DNA of 27,609 nt, from the IMG/VR virus record IMGVR_UViG_3300017732_000046, positions 1-27,609 of that record; one strand, written 5' to 3'. How positions within the stretch are numbered: position 1 is the first letter of the stretch; each line of letters starts with the position of its first letter. Of this stretch, positions 1 to 7,047 are shown in pieces. The stretch comes from a virus. Its lineage: Duplodnaviria > Caudoviricetes. The translations under genes were made by a program, and so were the position numbers. The notes under the pieces were generated by a model. The model saw only the letters and a program-made list of their open reading frames with translations, had not been told where the DNA came from and ran no database searches.

Positions 1-4
1 AAAT

Positions 5-63
5 AAAAAAGTTACAAAAAAGCAAAAAAAGTCCTTTACTTTTACGCAGAAAAGTATTAGATT
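5..63 (+). promoter_or_regulatory. Conserved phage early-type sigma70 promoter, copy 1 (upstream of DNA ligase)
   Basis: -35 TTTACT (35-40), 17-bp spacer, -10 TAGATT (58-63), upstream A-tracts; 5-48 is identical to 11207-11250 and the core recurs at 7981-8009. Confidence 0.85.
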
Positions 64-99
64 AGAGCATCAAATATAGGATAAAAATAAAGGTTACAT

Positions 100-1449
100 A
101 TGAATAATAAAAAACTAATCAACTCACCAAGGGACAGAGAATTACTGTTCAGACTTCAACGTCTTCATGATCGTCTTAATACTTCTAATAGTACTAATGA
201 CAAAGTTCAAGTACTTAAAGATTTCTTAGTATCAGATAAAGAATTACAAGAGCTAGTTTCAATGATGTACAATCCTTACATGCAGTACGGTGTAACTTGG
301 AAAAATATTCTTAAGCGTAAAGACTTAGACTTTGAGTTTGATGGTAGAATATTTGATCTTCTTAAGATGCTAAGTGAAAGAAATATTACAGGTCACTCAG
401 CTTTAGGTTGTGTTAATAATTACAGGCGTAGAGTCGGCATGGACTTTCCATTATCTCTTGTATTTGAACGAAGTCTTAAAGCTCGTGCCGATTCAAAGCT
501 TATTAATAAAGTTATTCCTGGTCTGATCCCTACATTTGATGTTGCTTTGGCAACTGCATTTGAAAAGCATGCACACAGAATTGACTGGGACAATGAAGAA
601 TGGTTCTACTCACGTAAGCTAGATGGTGTCAGAGTTATTTGTAGAATTGAAGATCGTCAGATTAAATTCTTCTCACGTCAAGGCAAAGAGTTTCATACAC
701 TAAGCAATGTTGCTGCAGATCTTAGCGATCATGTACTAGCTACTGATAATATTGTATTAGATGGCGAGTTATGTATTGTTGATAAAAACGGTGATGAAGA
801 CTTCCAGTCAGTTATCAAAGAGATCAGACGCAAAGATCACACAATTAACAGTCCTCGTTTTAAAGTATTTGATTGCTTGACTACTGAAGAGTTCGATTCA
901 TGCACTAGTGAAAGAACAATGATGGAAAGATGGACATGGTTTATGAGAACACTCGGACAAGAATGCTTAATCAATGATGCATTCTCTATCGATCCTGTTA
1001 CACACAATACAGTTATTAATGAAGAAGATGTACTAAGCATCTTAGATGTTGCTGATGAAGCAGGATGGGAAGGTATCATGCTTCGTAAAAACACTACTTA
1101 CAAAGGCAAAAGATCAAATGATATTCTTAAATGTAAGAAATTTATTGATGATGAATATATCGTTAAAGACATTGAGACTGGTCCATTTAGAATTATCGAC
1201 AAAGGAACAGGGCTTGAAACAGAAATCATGACAATGACAAATGTTATTATCGAGCACAAAGGAAATCCAGTGTCTGTTGGATCTGGATTCTCAATAGGTG
1301 ATAGACAGGTTTATTTCAATGATCCTAGCAAAATCCTCGGCAAAGAAATTACTGTTCAGTACTTTGAAGAGTCTCAGGACAAGACAGGTAAATTCTCATT
1401 AAGATTCCCTGTCTGTAAAACAGTTTATGAGAACGGCAGGCAAGTATGA
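100..1449 (+). CDS. ATP-dependent DNA ligase (T4 gp30-like)
   Basis: Motif I SRKLDGVR (KxDGxR), LDGEL, FDCL, EGIMLRK, LKCKKF, OB-fold VGSGF and SLRFPV. Confidence 0.96.
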   Translation: MNNKKLINSPRDRELLFRLQRLHDRLNTSNSTNDKVQVLKDFLVSDKELQELVSMMYNPYMQYGVTWKNILKRKDLDFEFDGRIFDLLKMLSERNITGHSALGCVNNYRRRVGMDFPLSLVFERSLKARADSKLINKVIPGLIPTFDVALATAFEKHAHRIDWDNEEWFYSRKLDGVRVICRIEDRQIKFFSRQGKEFHTLSNVAADLSDHVLATDNIVLDGELCIVDKNGDEDFQSVIKEIRRKDHTINSPRFKVFDCLTTEEFDSCTSERTMMERWTWFMRTLGQECLINDAFSIDPVTHNTVINEEDVLSILDVADEAGWEGIMLRKNTTYKGKRSNDILKCKKFIDDEYIVKDIETGPFRIIDKGTGLETEIMTMTNVIIEHKGNPVSVGSGFSIGDRQVYFNDPSKILGKEITVQYFEESQDKTGKFSLRFPVCKTVYENGRQV

Positions 1450-1538
1450 TCGAATCAATTGTGATGATGATGCTCATGCTGCTTGGCGGAATGACAACTT
1501 TAATTTTTATAATAATGAAAGAAAAGGAAAATAAATGA
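1446..1538 (+). CDS. Small single-pass membrane protein, 30 aa (not in ORF track)
   Basis: MIESIVMMMLMLLGGMTTLIFIIMKEKENK; ATGA overlaps with both neighbours and exactly fills the gap. Confidence 0.65.
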   Translation: MIESIVMMMLMLLGGMTTLIFIIMKEKENK

Positions 1539-1750
1539 AATACTACATCGCAACAGTTGTACAGGAAATAGAAATTCCTGTTGGCAACAAAGGCAATACT
1601 AAAATCAAAAAACTAAAAGAAGAAATTCTTGTAGGTGAAGCAACATCAGTATCAGTTGTTGAAAACAAAGTCGGTGAGATGATGACTGCAAATCCGAATG
1701 ATTGGGAATTAACTTCAGTAAGAGAATCGAGAATCGTAGACGTTATATGA
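1535..1750 (+). CDS. Hypothetical protein, DUF4494-like half domain
   Basis: Pattern YYIATV...KIKKLKEEILV.EA.SV...E.KV.....WELTSVRESRIVDV recalls one repeat of the Bacteroidota DUF4494 family; AAGGA upstream. Confidence 0.55.
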   Translation: MKYYIATVVQEIEIPVGNKGNTKIKKLKEEILVGEATSVSVVENKVGEMMTANPNDWELTSVRESRIVDVI

Positions 1751-2169
1751 TAAAAGTTCGCAATTTCAGACTTTTGCAGGATATATATAAAAATGACCCG
1801 TGGAAAATGTTGGTCTGTTGTATAATGCTTAACTTAACAACTAGAAAACAAGTCGATAAAATTCGACACAAGTTATTTAAAAAATATCCCAATCCTAGAG
1901 ACTTGGCTAACGCAGCTGTATCAGAACTTTCTAAAATGCTAACACCATTAGGTATGCAAAATAAGAGAGCAGTTACACTAATTCGTTTTAGCTTAGAGTA
2001 TCTTGACGGATTTAGTGATCCTTCTGAATTGCACGGAATTGGTAAGTATGCAAAAGATTCGTGGGAAATCTTTCAGCATAATAATTTTAATGTGCAGCCT
2101 AATGATAAGGTCTTGAATCTTTATTTGGCAACTGCACTAGAACAACAAACACAATTAGGGAGAAGCTAA
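1747..2169 (+). CDS. HhH-GPD DNA glycosylase, MBD4-like (G:T/G:U mismatch)
   Basis: LLQDIYKNDPWKMLVCCIMLNLT, HhH ELHGIGKYAKDSWEIF and VQPNDKVLNLY follow the MBD4 glycosylase domain; no FeS-cluster Cys motif. Start moved from 1702 to ATG 1747 (ATGA overlap with upstream stop). Confidence 0.88.
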   Translation: MIKVRNFRLLQDIYKNDPWKMLVCCIMLNLTTRKQVDKIRHKLFKKYPNPRDLANAAVSELSKMLTPLGMQNKRAVTLIRFSLEYLDGFSDPSELHGIGKYAKDSWEIFQHNNFNVQPNDKVLNLYLATALEQQTQLGRS

Positions 2170-2173
2170 AAAT

Positions 2174-3115
2174 ATGGCACTAGGTTATGCATGCATTAAT
2201 ATGCAACTCAGTTATCCGCAACAGTACGGTGGAAAAGAAAAAGGTGTAGAACGGATAACAACCGGGCGAACAATGATCAAACGTACTTTCGAATCGAAAG
2301 GTACAGATTATGCGTCTGAGATTATACTAAAAAACGTCAGAGATCTGGACAAGATTATCGAGTGGAACATAGAGCAAGGTTATGAGTTATTTCGCATCTC
2401 ATCTTCTATGATCCCTTGGAAGTCCGAATATAAATGGGGCCAACTTAAAGACCTAGAGGAAATTAAGTTTTGGCTAAAATCTGGCGGAGAGAAAGCGACT
2501 AAAGGTGGCCTTAGGCTTACAACACATCCGGGACAATTCAATGTTCTTACATCACCGCATGAGCACGTAGTACAGAACTGCATCAACGACTTAACGATCC
2601 ACGGCGAAGTATTCGATATGATGGGATTGTCTCGGACTCCCTACAATAAAATTAATATTCATGCTGGAGGCGTTTATGGTGAAAAAGAAAATGCACTAAA
2701 CAGGTTCGTTAAGAACTTCGAACGTCTACCAGATTCAGTTAAAACCCGTCTTACTGTCGAAAACGACGATAAGGCAACATGTTACTCAGTGGAGGATCTA
2801 TATCATGGAGTATACCGTCGTATTGGCTTGCCCATCGTGTTCGACTATCATCACCACAGGTTTTGCCCTGGCGATCTTACCGAGCGCGATGCCGTTAAGC
2901 TGGCTGCGTCGACTTGGCCGAAAGGCATCAAGCCTTGTTTCCATTATTCGGAATCTAGGAGTGAAGAAAAAGGCGACCCTAAAATAAAACCACAAGCGCA
3001 TTCTGACTACGTATATCAGTACATCGATACTTATGGTTACGATGTTGATATCGTAGTCGAAGCGAAACACAAGGAGTTGGCAGTTGAGAAATATCATCAG
3101 ATACATGGTAGATAG
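2174..3115 (+). CDS. uvsE: UV DNA damage endonuclease (UVDE)
   Basis: LGYACIN, FRISS, RLTTHPGQF, INIHAGG, RLTVENDD, PIVFDYHHH, HYSES, AHSDY, EAKHKE. Confidence 0.97.
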   Translation: MALGYACINMQLSYPQQYGGKEKGVERITTGRTMIKRTFESKGTDYASEIILKNVRDLDKIIEWNIEQGYELFRISSSMIPWKSEYKWGQLKDLEEIKFWLKSGGEKATKGGLRLTTHPGQFNVLTSPHEHVVQNCINDLTIHGEVFDMMGLSRTPYNKINIHAGGVYGEKENALNRFVKNFERLPDSVKTRLTVENDDKATCYSVEDLYHGVYRRIGLPIVFDYHHHRFCPGDLTERDAVKLAASTWPKGIKPCFHYSESRSEEKGDPKIKPQAHSDYVYQYIDTYGYDVDIVVEAKHKELAVEKYHQIHGR

Positions 3116-3206
3116 AATAAAACTTTCGATTATGCTTTTTTTGTATGGTAGGCACTTAAAGAAGAGATTTGAAAAAAATGACTTTGGCAGGAGGCCAGAA
3201 TACTAA
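3105..3206 (+). CDS. Small hypothetical protein, 33 aa (not in ORF track)
   Basis: MVDRIKLSIMLFLYGRHLKKRFEKNDFGRRPEY; overlaps the uvsE end and abuts the next ATG; no clear RBS. Confidence 0.35.
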   Translation: MVDRIKLSIMLFLYGRHLKKRFEKNDFGRRPEY

Positions 3207-3284
3207 ATGATTTTAATAGGTTTTTTTATAATTTGTATCGCTGGAATCTTTGGGGTACTAAAATACTATAAGGTAGGAGAATAA
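3207..3284 (+). CDS. Small membrane peptide, 25 aa (not in ORF track)
   Basis: MILIGFFIICIAGIFGVLKYYKVGE; AGGAGG at 3189-3194; hydrophobic helix followed by basic residues. Confidence 0.5.
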   Translation: MILIGFFIICIAGIFGVLKYYKVGE

Positions 3285-3285
3285 T

Positions 3286-3408
3286 ATGGACTTAAATGCA
3301 CTTAACACAATAGGATATTTTGAGATAATGGAGATCTCGCTTTACCTGGCTGTAATGTATACAGGTAAGAGTTTTATAGACGAATTTTTTAACAGGAGGC
3401 TAAAATGA
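3286..3408 (+). CDS. Small hypothetical protein, 40 aa (not in ORF track)
   Basis: MDLNALNTIGYFEIMEISLYLAVMYTGKSFIDEFFNRRLK; AGGAG at 3275-3279; ATGA overlap with thioredoxin. Confidence 0.65.
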   Translation: MDLNALNTIGYFEIMEISLYLAVMYTGKSFIDEFFNRRLK

Positions 3409-3650
3409 AAACAGCAAAGTATTTTAGTGCTACGTGGTGTGGACCTTGTAAACAATTCAAACCTATAATGCAAGAGTTATCAGATGAAGGATATAATATA
3501 GAGTTCATAGATGGTGATGAGAATAGACAAATGGCTATTGATGCTAATATTCGTTCAGTACCAACAACGCTTATTATGGATGGTGACGAAGAAGTAAATC
3601 GTATTGTAGGAATTAAAAGTAAAGAAGAAATGATCAAGGAGTTATCGTAA
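3405..3650 (+). CDS. trxA: Thioredoxin
   Basis: FSATWCGPCK active site, IRSVPT cis-Pro motif; AGGAGG at 3394-3399. Confidence 0.95.
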   Translation: MKTAKYFSATWCGPCKQFKPIMQELSDEGYNIEFIDGDENRQMAIDANIRSVPTTLIMDGDEEVNRIVGIKSKEEMIKELS

Positions 3651-4243
3651 TGGTATTAGACAGTTTATTAGCAGGTGTAATGTTATTTAGTTCATTCGCG
3701 GCAAGGACACCAAATACACAGCCAAACCCAGATGATTATGAGGTTAGTATTGGAATAAGCAATGATAATTTTTATGCTAACAGACAGTGGGAAAGAGAAC
3801 TTGGTGAGTTCTACATAGATGATTTGTTTTGGTATAAGTTTGACAATGGCATTTATTTTAAACCTGAGTATATGGACAAGCAAAGCCAAGATGTAAGGTA
3901 TCTCAAAATTGATGCAAGAAGAAGTTACAAAAACATGTCATTCGGCTTTACCAGCCGTAATACAAACGAAAATCTATTCAGTAGCAACTTTGTAACATTC
4001 ATATCTTTTGGTGTGTCTAAAAAGAAAGCGTATTACAATAATAAAATAGAAGTTGATGTTTCTTTTGATGGCTACTTACCTCCAAGTGAAGAAGACGGTA
4101 GAGATACATTTGAATTTGAAGACAAGTTTAAAGTATCTTACAAGCTTACTGAAAAAATTAGGTTGTATAATGTAGGCGAAATATCCAAACTTCAAGGCAA
4201 AGAATTTTATAAAGCTAAAATAGGAATTGAGGTAAAAATATGA
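3650..4243 (+). CDS. Hypothetical exported protein, possible outer-membrane beta-barrel
   Basis: Hydrophobic N-terminus ending FAA; many amphipathic aromatic-rich strands; C-terminus FYKAKIGIEVKI. Confidence 0.5.
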   Translation: MVLDSLLAGVMLFSSFAARTPNTQPNPDDYEVSIGISNDNFYANRQWERELGEFYIDDLFWYKFDNGIYFKPEYMDKQSQDVRYLKIDARRSYKNMSFGFTSRNTNENLFSSNFVTFISFGVSKKKAYYNNKIEVDVSFDGYLPPSEEDGRDTFEFEDKFKVSYKLTEKIRLYNVGEISKLQGKEFYKAKIGIEVKI

Positions 4244-4773
4244 AGCAAGCAATAGCAATAGCTGCATGTAGCTTATTTTGCTTTACGTCAGGACTGTATC
4301 TTGGTGTACAAAAAGCAAATGATCGTGTAGCAGAATTAGGTGAACAATACAAGAAGACTGATGAAAAAGTCGCAGTGTTTACAGACTTAAACAACCCAAA
4401 AACAATACAGAGCTATGTCACACAGTTGAGAAAAATACTAGATGATATTACATTCCTGGGTAAACTTATAGAATCTGGTCAGATTGCAGATGAAGCATTA
4501 GCACAAATGAAAAAAGATATAGATGCAAAATTAAATATAATGGTAACGATAGATGATTTTGCATCATCAGTTAACTTTACACAAACACGAATGGCACAAA
4601 TTGGTGTAGACCTTGACGATCTATACGATATTACAGAAGACATAGATGACAAGGCTGATAAGTCTGATAAGAAGATTAATAAACAATTAGATGTTATTCA
4701 AAAAGAACTAGATGAAGTCAAAGATCTTCTTAAAACATTTAATAAAAAGAAATTCTTTCACACACACAAATGA
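4240..4773 (+). CDS. Membrane-anchored coiled-coil protein
   Basis: N-terminal hydrophobic segment followed by heptad-patterned helices (KINKQLDVIQKELDEVKDLL); ATGA overlap. Confidence 0.7.
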   Translation: MKQAIAIAACSLFCFTSGLYLGVQKANDRVAELGEQYKKTDEKVAVFTDLNNPKTIQSYVTQLRKILDDITFLGKLIESGQIADEALAQMKKDIDAKLNIMVTIDDFASSVNFTQTRMAQIGVDLDDLYDITEDIDDKADKSDKKINKQLDVIQKELDEVKDLLKTFNKKKFFHTHK

Positions 4774-4937
4774 GACAAGCAACGTTTAAATCACTATGGG
4801 TAGCAGTTAAAGATTTGTTATATACAATATTTAGCAGCTTATATACTGGAGTGTTGGATACTGATGTAAAACTTGACGTAGACTTAAAAGAAGAAGATGT
4901 AGAAATGCCAGACCCTGACGAGCACTTGGGAATATAA
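4770..4937 (+). CDS. Hypothetical protein, 55 aa (not in ORF track)
   Basis: MRQATFKSLWVAVKDLLYTIFSSLYTGVLDTDVKLDVDLKEEDVEMPDPDEHLGI; ATGA overlap, fills the gap to ATG 4939. Confidence 0.65.
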   Translation: MRQATFKSLWVAVKDLLYTIFSSLYTGVLDTDVKLDVDLKEEDVEMPDPDEHLGI

Positions 4938-4938
4938 C

Positions 4939-5559
4939 ATGAGTAAAATAGTAAAAAAAGAAGATGGTGGAATAGTATGCGATCACTTCATTGATGATCC
5001 TATAGTAATGTATTCAACAGGTAAACTAGAATACACACAAGAATCTGAAATATTTATTGGTGAAATAAAAGATCCCGAAATGGATAAGCTGCTTATTGAA
5101 GATATAGAAGCGCAGGGAGATAGGCAAAATCATGGAAGCAATGTAAAAGCACAAATGACTCAGTGGTACAGAGGAAAGATACCAGGTTATAGAAAGTTAG
5201 CACAGATAGTTTTATCATGTGCTATTGATGCGATGTCACCAAACTTTGAGAATCCTGTGATGTCTGACATGTGGGGTACAAAATATCTGTCTGGTGAAGA
5301 GGCAATACAACATCATCACTATCCTGCTGCACTTTCTTTTTGTTATTACATTACAGCGGACAAAGATCATCCAGGAATACATTTTCCAGGTTTCAATAGA
5401 AGATATGACATATTTCCTGGAATGTTGATATTATTTCCAGGTTGGGCACAACACTTTGTGCCTTCACAAAAATTTAAAAATCCACGATATATCTGTGCTG
5501 GAAATATGCATCATAACATTAACAAAGATATGTTGTTTACAGTAGGAGTTCCAAAATGA
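4939..5559 (+). CDS. Putative 2OG-Fe(II) oxygenase (TIGR02466 / 2OG-FeII_Oxy_5-like)
   Basis: HHHYPAALSFCYY (HxH), PGMLILFPGWAQHFV (distal His), RYICAGN (2OG-binding Arg). Confidence 0.85.
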   Translation: MSKIVKKEDGGIVCDHFIDDPIVMYSTGKLEYTQESEIFIGEIKDPEMDKLLIEDIEAQGDRQNHGSNVKAQMTQWYRGKIPGYRKLAQIVLSCAIDAMSPNFENPVMSDMWGTKYLSGEEAIQHHHYPAALSFCYYITADKDHPGIHFPGFNRRYDIFPGMLILFPGWAQHFVPSQKFKNPRYICAGNMHHNINKDMLFTVGVPK

Positions 5560-5921
5560 ACTTAGAATATAATCTATTCACAAAACTTATAACGTACTTA
5601 GTGTTCGGAAACATTATGGCGTGGTACCAATTACAGGGACAGTTTCTAAGCAATCCATTTTTTAAGCAGCTATTTTCAAAAGATTTAGCTGTTGTAGTTT
5701 TAGGCCTTCCGATCGGGTGGCTTTTTTGGAGATCAGCAACACTATCATATGAAATTTTTGGTGGAGTTTGGAATGTTAGGCTTATTGGATTTGGTGTAGG
5801 CACACTTGTATTTGGAATAATGACAATGTTAATTTTAAAAGAGTTGCCGTCTTGGCATACTGTAATATCAATCGTATTAGCTGCAGCAATTATCATGTTA
5901 CAGCTGGCAAACATAAAGTAA
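5556..5921 (+). CDS. Small 4-TM membrane protein, DMT/SMR-like
   Basis: 121 aa, four hydrophobic helices, C-terminal MLILKELPSWHTVISIVLAAAIIML resembles the DMT 'LxE.p.....g..l' ending. Confidence 0.55.
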   Translation: MNLEYNLFTKLITYLVFGNIMAWYQLQGQFLSNPFFKQLFSKDLAVVVLGLPIGWLFWRSATLSYEIFGGVWNVRLIGFGVGTLVFGIMTMLILKELPSWHTVISIVLAAAIIMLQLANIK

Positions 5922-5930
5922 GGAGTAGTT

Positions 5931-6218
5931 TTGGAATATAATAAATTATCAGGATATGATAAGTTCATACTGTTAACAGAGCAAGCAAGAGGGTTAAGTG
6001 CATCTTTAACAACTTATTTAGAATTTCAGAAGGTAGAGAAGATTTTAGAACTCTGTTCAAGGAGTGATGCTTCTACTATTTACTGGGATGGCAAAGATGT
6101 AGAAAAGCCTATTAAGCGAGGCGAAGCAGAAAAAATCATGACAAAATTAGAAAAGAATAAATTTGACCGCGGTGTGTTTATTGTAGCTAGACGCATGAAT
6201 GTTGAATTAAGAGTATGA
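5931..6218 (+). CDS. Hypothetical protein
   Basis: TTG start with AAGGAG upstream; 95 aa; in operon context. Confidence 0.7.
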   Translation: MEYNKLSGYDKFILLTEQARGLSASLTTYLEFQKVEKILELCSRSDASTIYWDGKDVEKPIKRGEAEKIMTKLEKNKFDRGVFIVARRMNVELRV

Positions 6219-6231
6219 CAAAATGTCATAC
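6213..6231. promoter_or_regulatory. Palindromic operator/enhancer site 1 upstream of hsp20
   Basis: GTATGACA-AAA-TGTCATAC, perfect 8-bp inverted repeat. Confidence 0.65.
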
Positions 6232-6256
6232 GTCAAAACCAATTAAAATAAAAAGG

Positions 6257-6271
6257 ATGTCATTATGACAT
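6257..6271. promoter_or_regulatory. Palindromic operator/enhancer site 2 upstream of hsp20
   Basis: ATGTCA-TTA-TGACAT; same ATGWCA-N3-TGWCAT consensus, 42 bp from site 1. Confidence 0.65.
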
Positions 6272-6281
6272 ACGGAGAGGT

Positions 6282-6298
6282 TTGGCACACTTTTTTCT
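6282..6298 (+). promoter_or_regulatory. Sigma54-like -24/-12 promoter for hsp20
   Basis: TTGGCACACTTTTTTCT versus consensus YTGGCACGNNNNTTGCW; correct spacing, but the -12 GC is TC. Confidence 0.55.
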
Positions 6299-6308
6299 CT
6301 ATACTATA

Positions 6309-6335
6309 TGAGAACGCTAAATGGTTAGGTTCTCA
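6309..6335 (+). other. Stem-loop in the hsp20 5' leader
   Basis: TGAGAAC-G-CTAA-ATGG-TTAG-GTTCTCA: 7-bp plus 4-bp stems with a one-base bulge. Confidence 0.55.
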
Positions 6336-6370
6336 AGTTAGTTCATAAGAATAACATAAGGAGAAAAATA

Positions 6371-6841
6371 ATGAGCTTAGTAAAATACACCAGTTTTCCT
6401 GGAATATCAAGAGACAATTTCTTAACACCATTCGATAAACTGTTTGACAGTATGTTCGAAGAAACTTACCCTGAAGTGGCACAAACTGTAGGAGTTAATC
6501 CATTTTCAGGCGCTGCTTATCCGAAAGTAAATGTATACGAGTACGATGACAAAGTTGGTGTTATGGCAGAGATTCCTGGAATAGACAAGAAGAATATCAA
6601 CATACATGTTGAAGAAGGTGTTCTCACGATTAAAGGGGATAAGCATGGTTTCGATGAAGACTCGAATGCTACAGTTCTTAGAAGAGAATTAAAACATTCT
6701 GCATTCGAAAGAAAGTTTACCCTTGGCGAGTTCCTTGACGGGGACAACATAAAAGCTAATTTTAAAGACGGGCTTCTCTCAATCGAGATACCAAAGATTG
6801 AGCCAGAGAAACCTAAAAAAACGTCGGTTAAAATAAGCTAG
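6371..6841 (+). CDS. hsp20: Small heat shock protein (Hsp20/alpha-crystallin)
   Basis: YPKVNVYE, AEIPGIDKKNINI, EGVLTIKG, RRE...FERKFTL, IKANFKDGLLSIEIPK; AAGGAG RBS. Confidence 0.97.
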   Translation: MSLVKYTSFPGISRDNFLTPFDKLFDSMFEETYPEVAQTVGVNPFSGAAYPKVNVYEYDDKVGVMAEIPGIDKKNINIHVEEGVLTIKGDKHGFDEDSNATVLRRELKHSAFERKFTLGEFLDGDNIKANFKDGLLSIEIPKIEPEKPKKTSVKIS

Positions 6842-6847
6842 GTTACG

Positions 6848-7045
6848 ATGAGCAACCGGATCATCAACGCTGGGGGTGTTATGTACTATGTGAAGGGTAC
6901 ACAAAGCATGGCCAGCGTTGATGTGAAGGGAATCGAATACTGGAAAAAATGCTGGAGATCAGATCACGTACTTAAGAATCATGATACATATTATTTCTGC
7001 AACGAGATACTTATAGCTGAACACCAAGACATCAAGGTGAATTAA
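6848..7045 (+). CDS. Hypothetical protein
   Basis: 65-aa ORF filling the gap between hsp20 and the next gene. Confidence 0.7.
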   Translation: MSNRIINAGGVMYYVKGTQSMASVDVKGIEYWKKCWRSDHVLKNHDTYYFCNEILIAEHQDIKVN

Positions 7046-7047
7046 TC

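Noticed and set aside
1702-1746. N-terminal extension of the glycosylase given in the ORF track
   Set aside because: TTG start overlapping the upstream gene by 49 nt; ATG 1747 gives the usual ATGA coupling and keeps all motifs
4240-4270. Lipobox-like IAAC in the 177-aa protein
   Set aside because: Cys is residue 10, so the hydrophobic region before it is too short; an uncleaved anchor or signal peptide is more plausible
6213-6271. hsp20 palindromes as a CIRCE element or an intrinsic terminator
   Set aside because: No match to TTAGCACTC-N9-GAGTGCTAA; stems are AT-rich with no following U-tract, and the repeated consensus fits protein binding better
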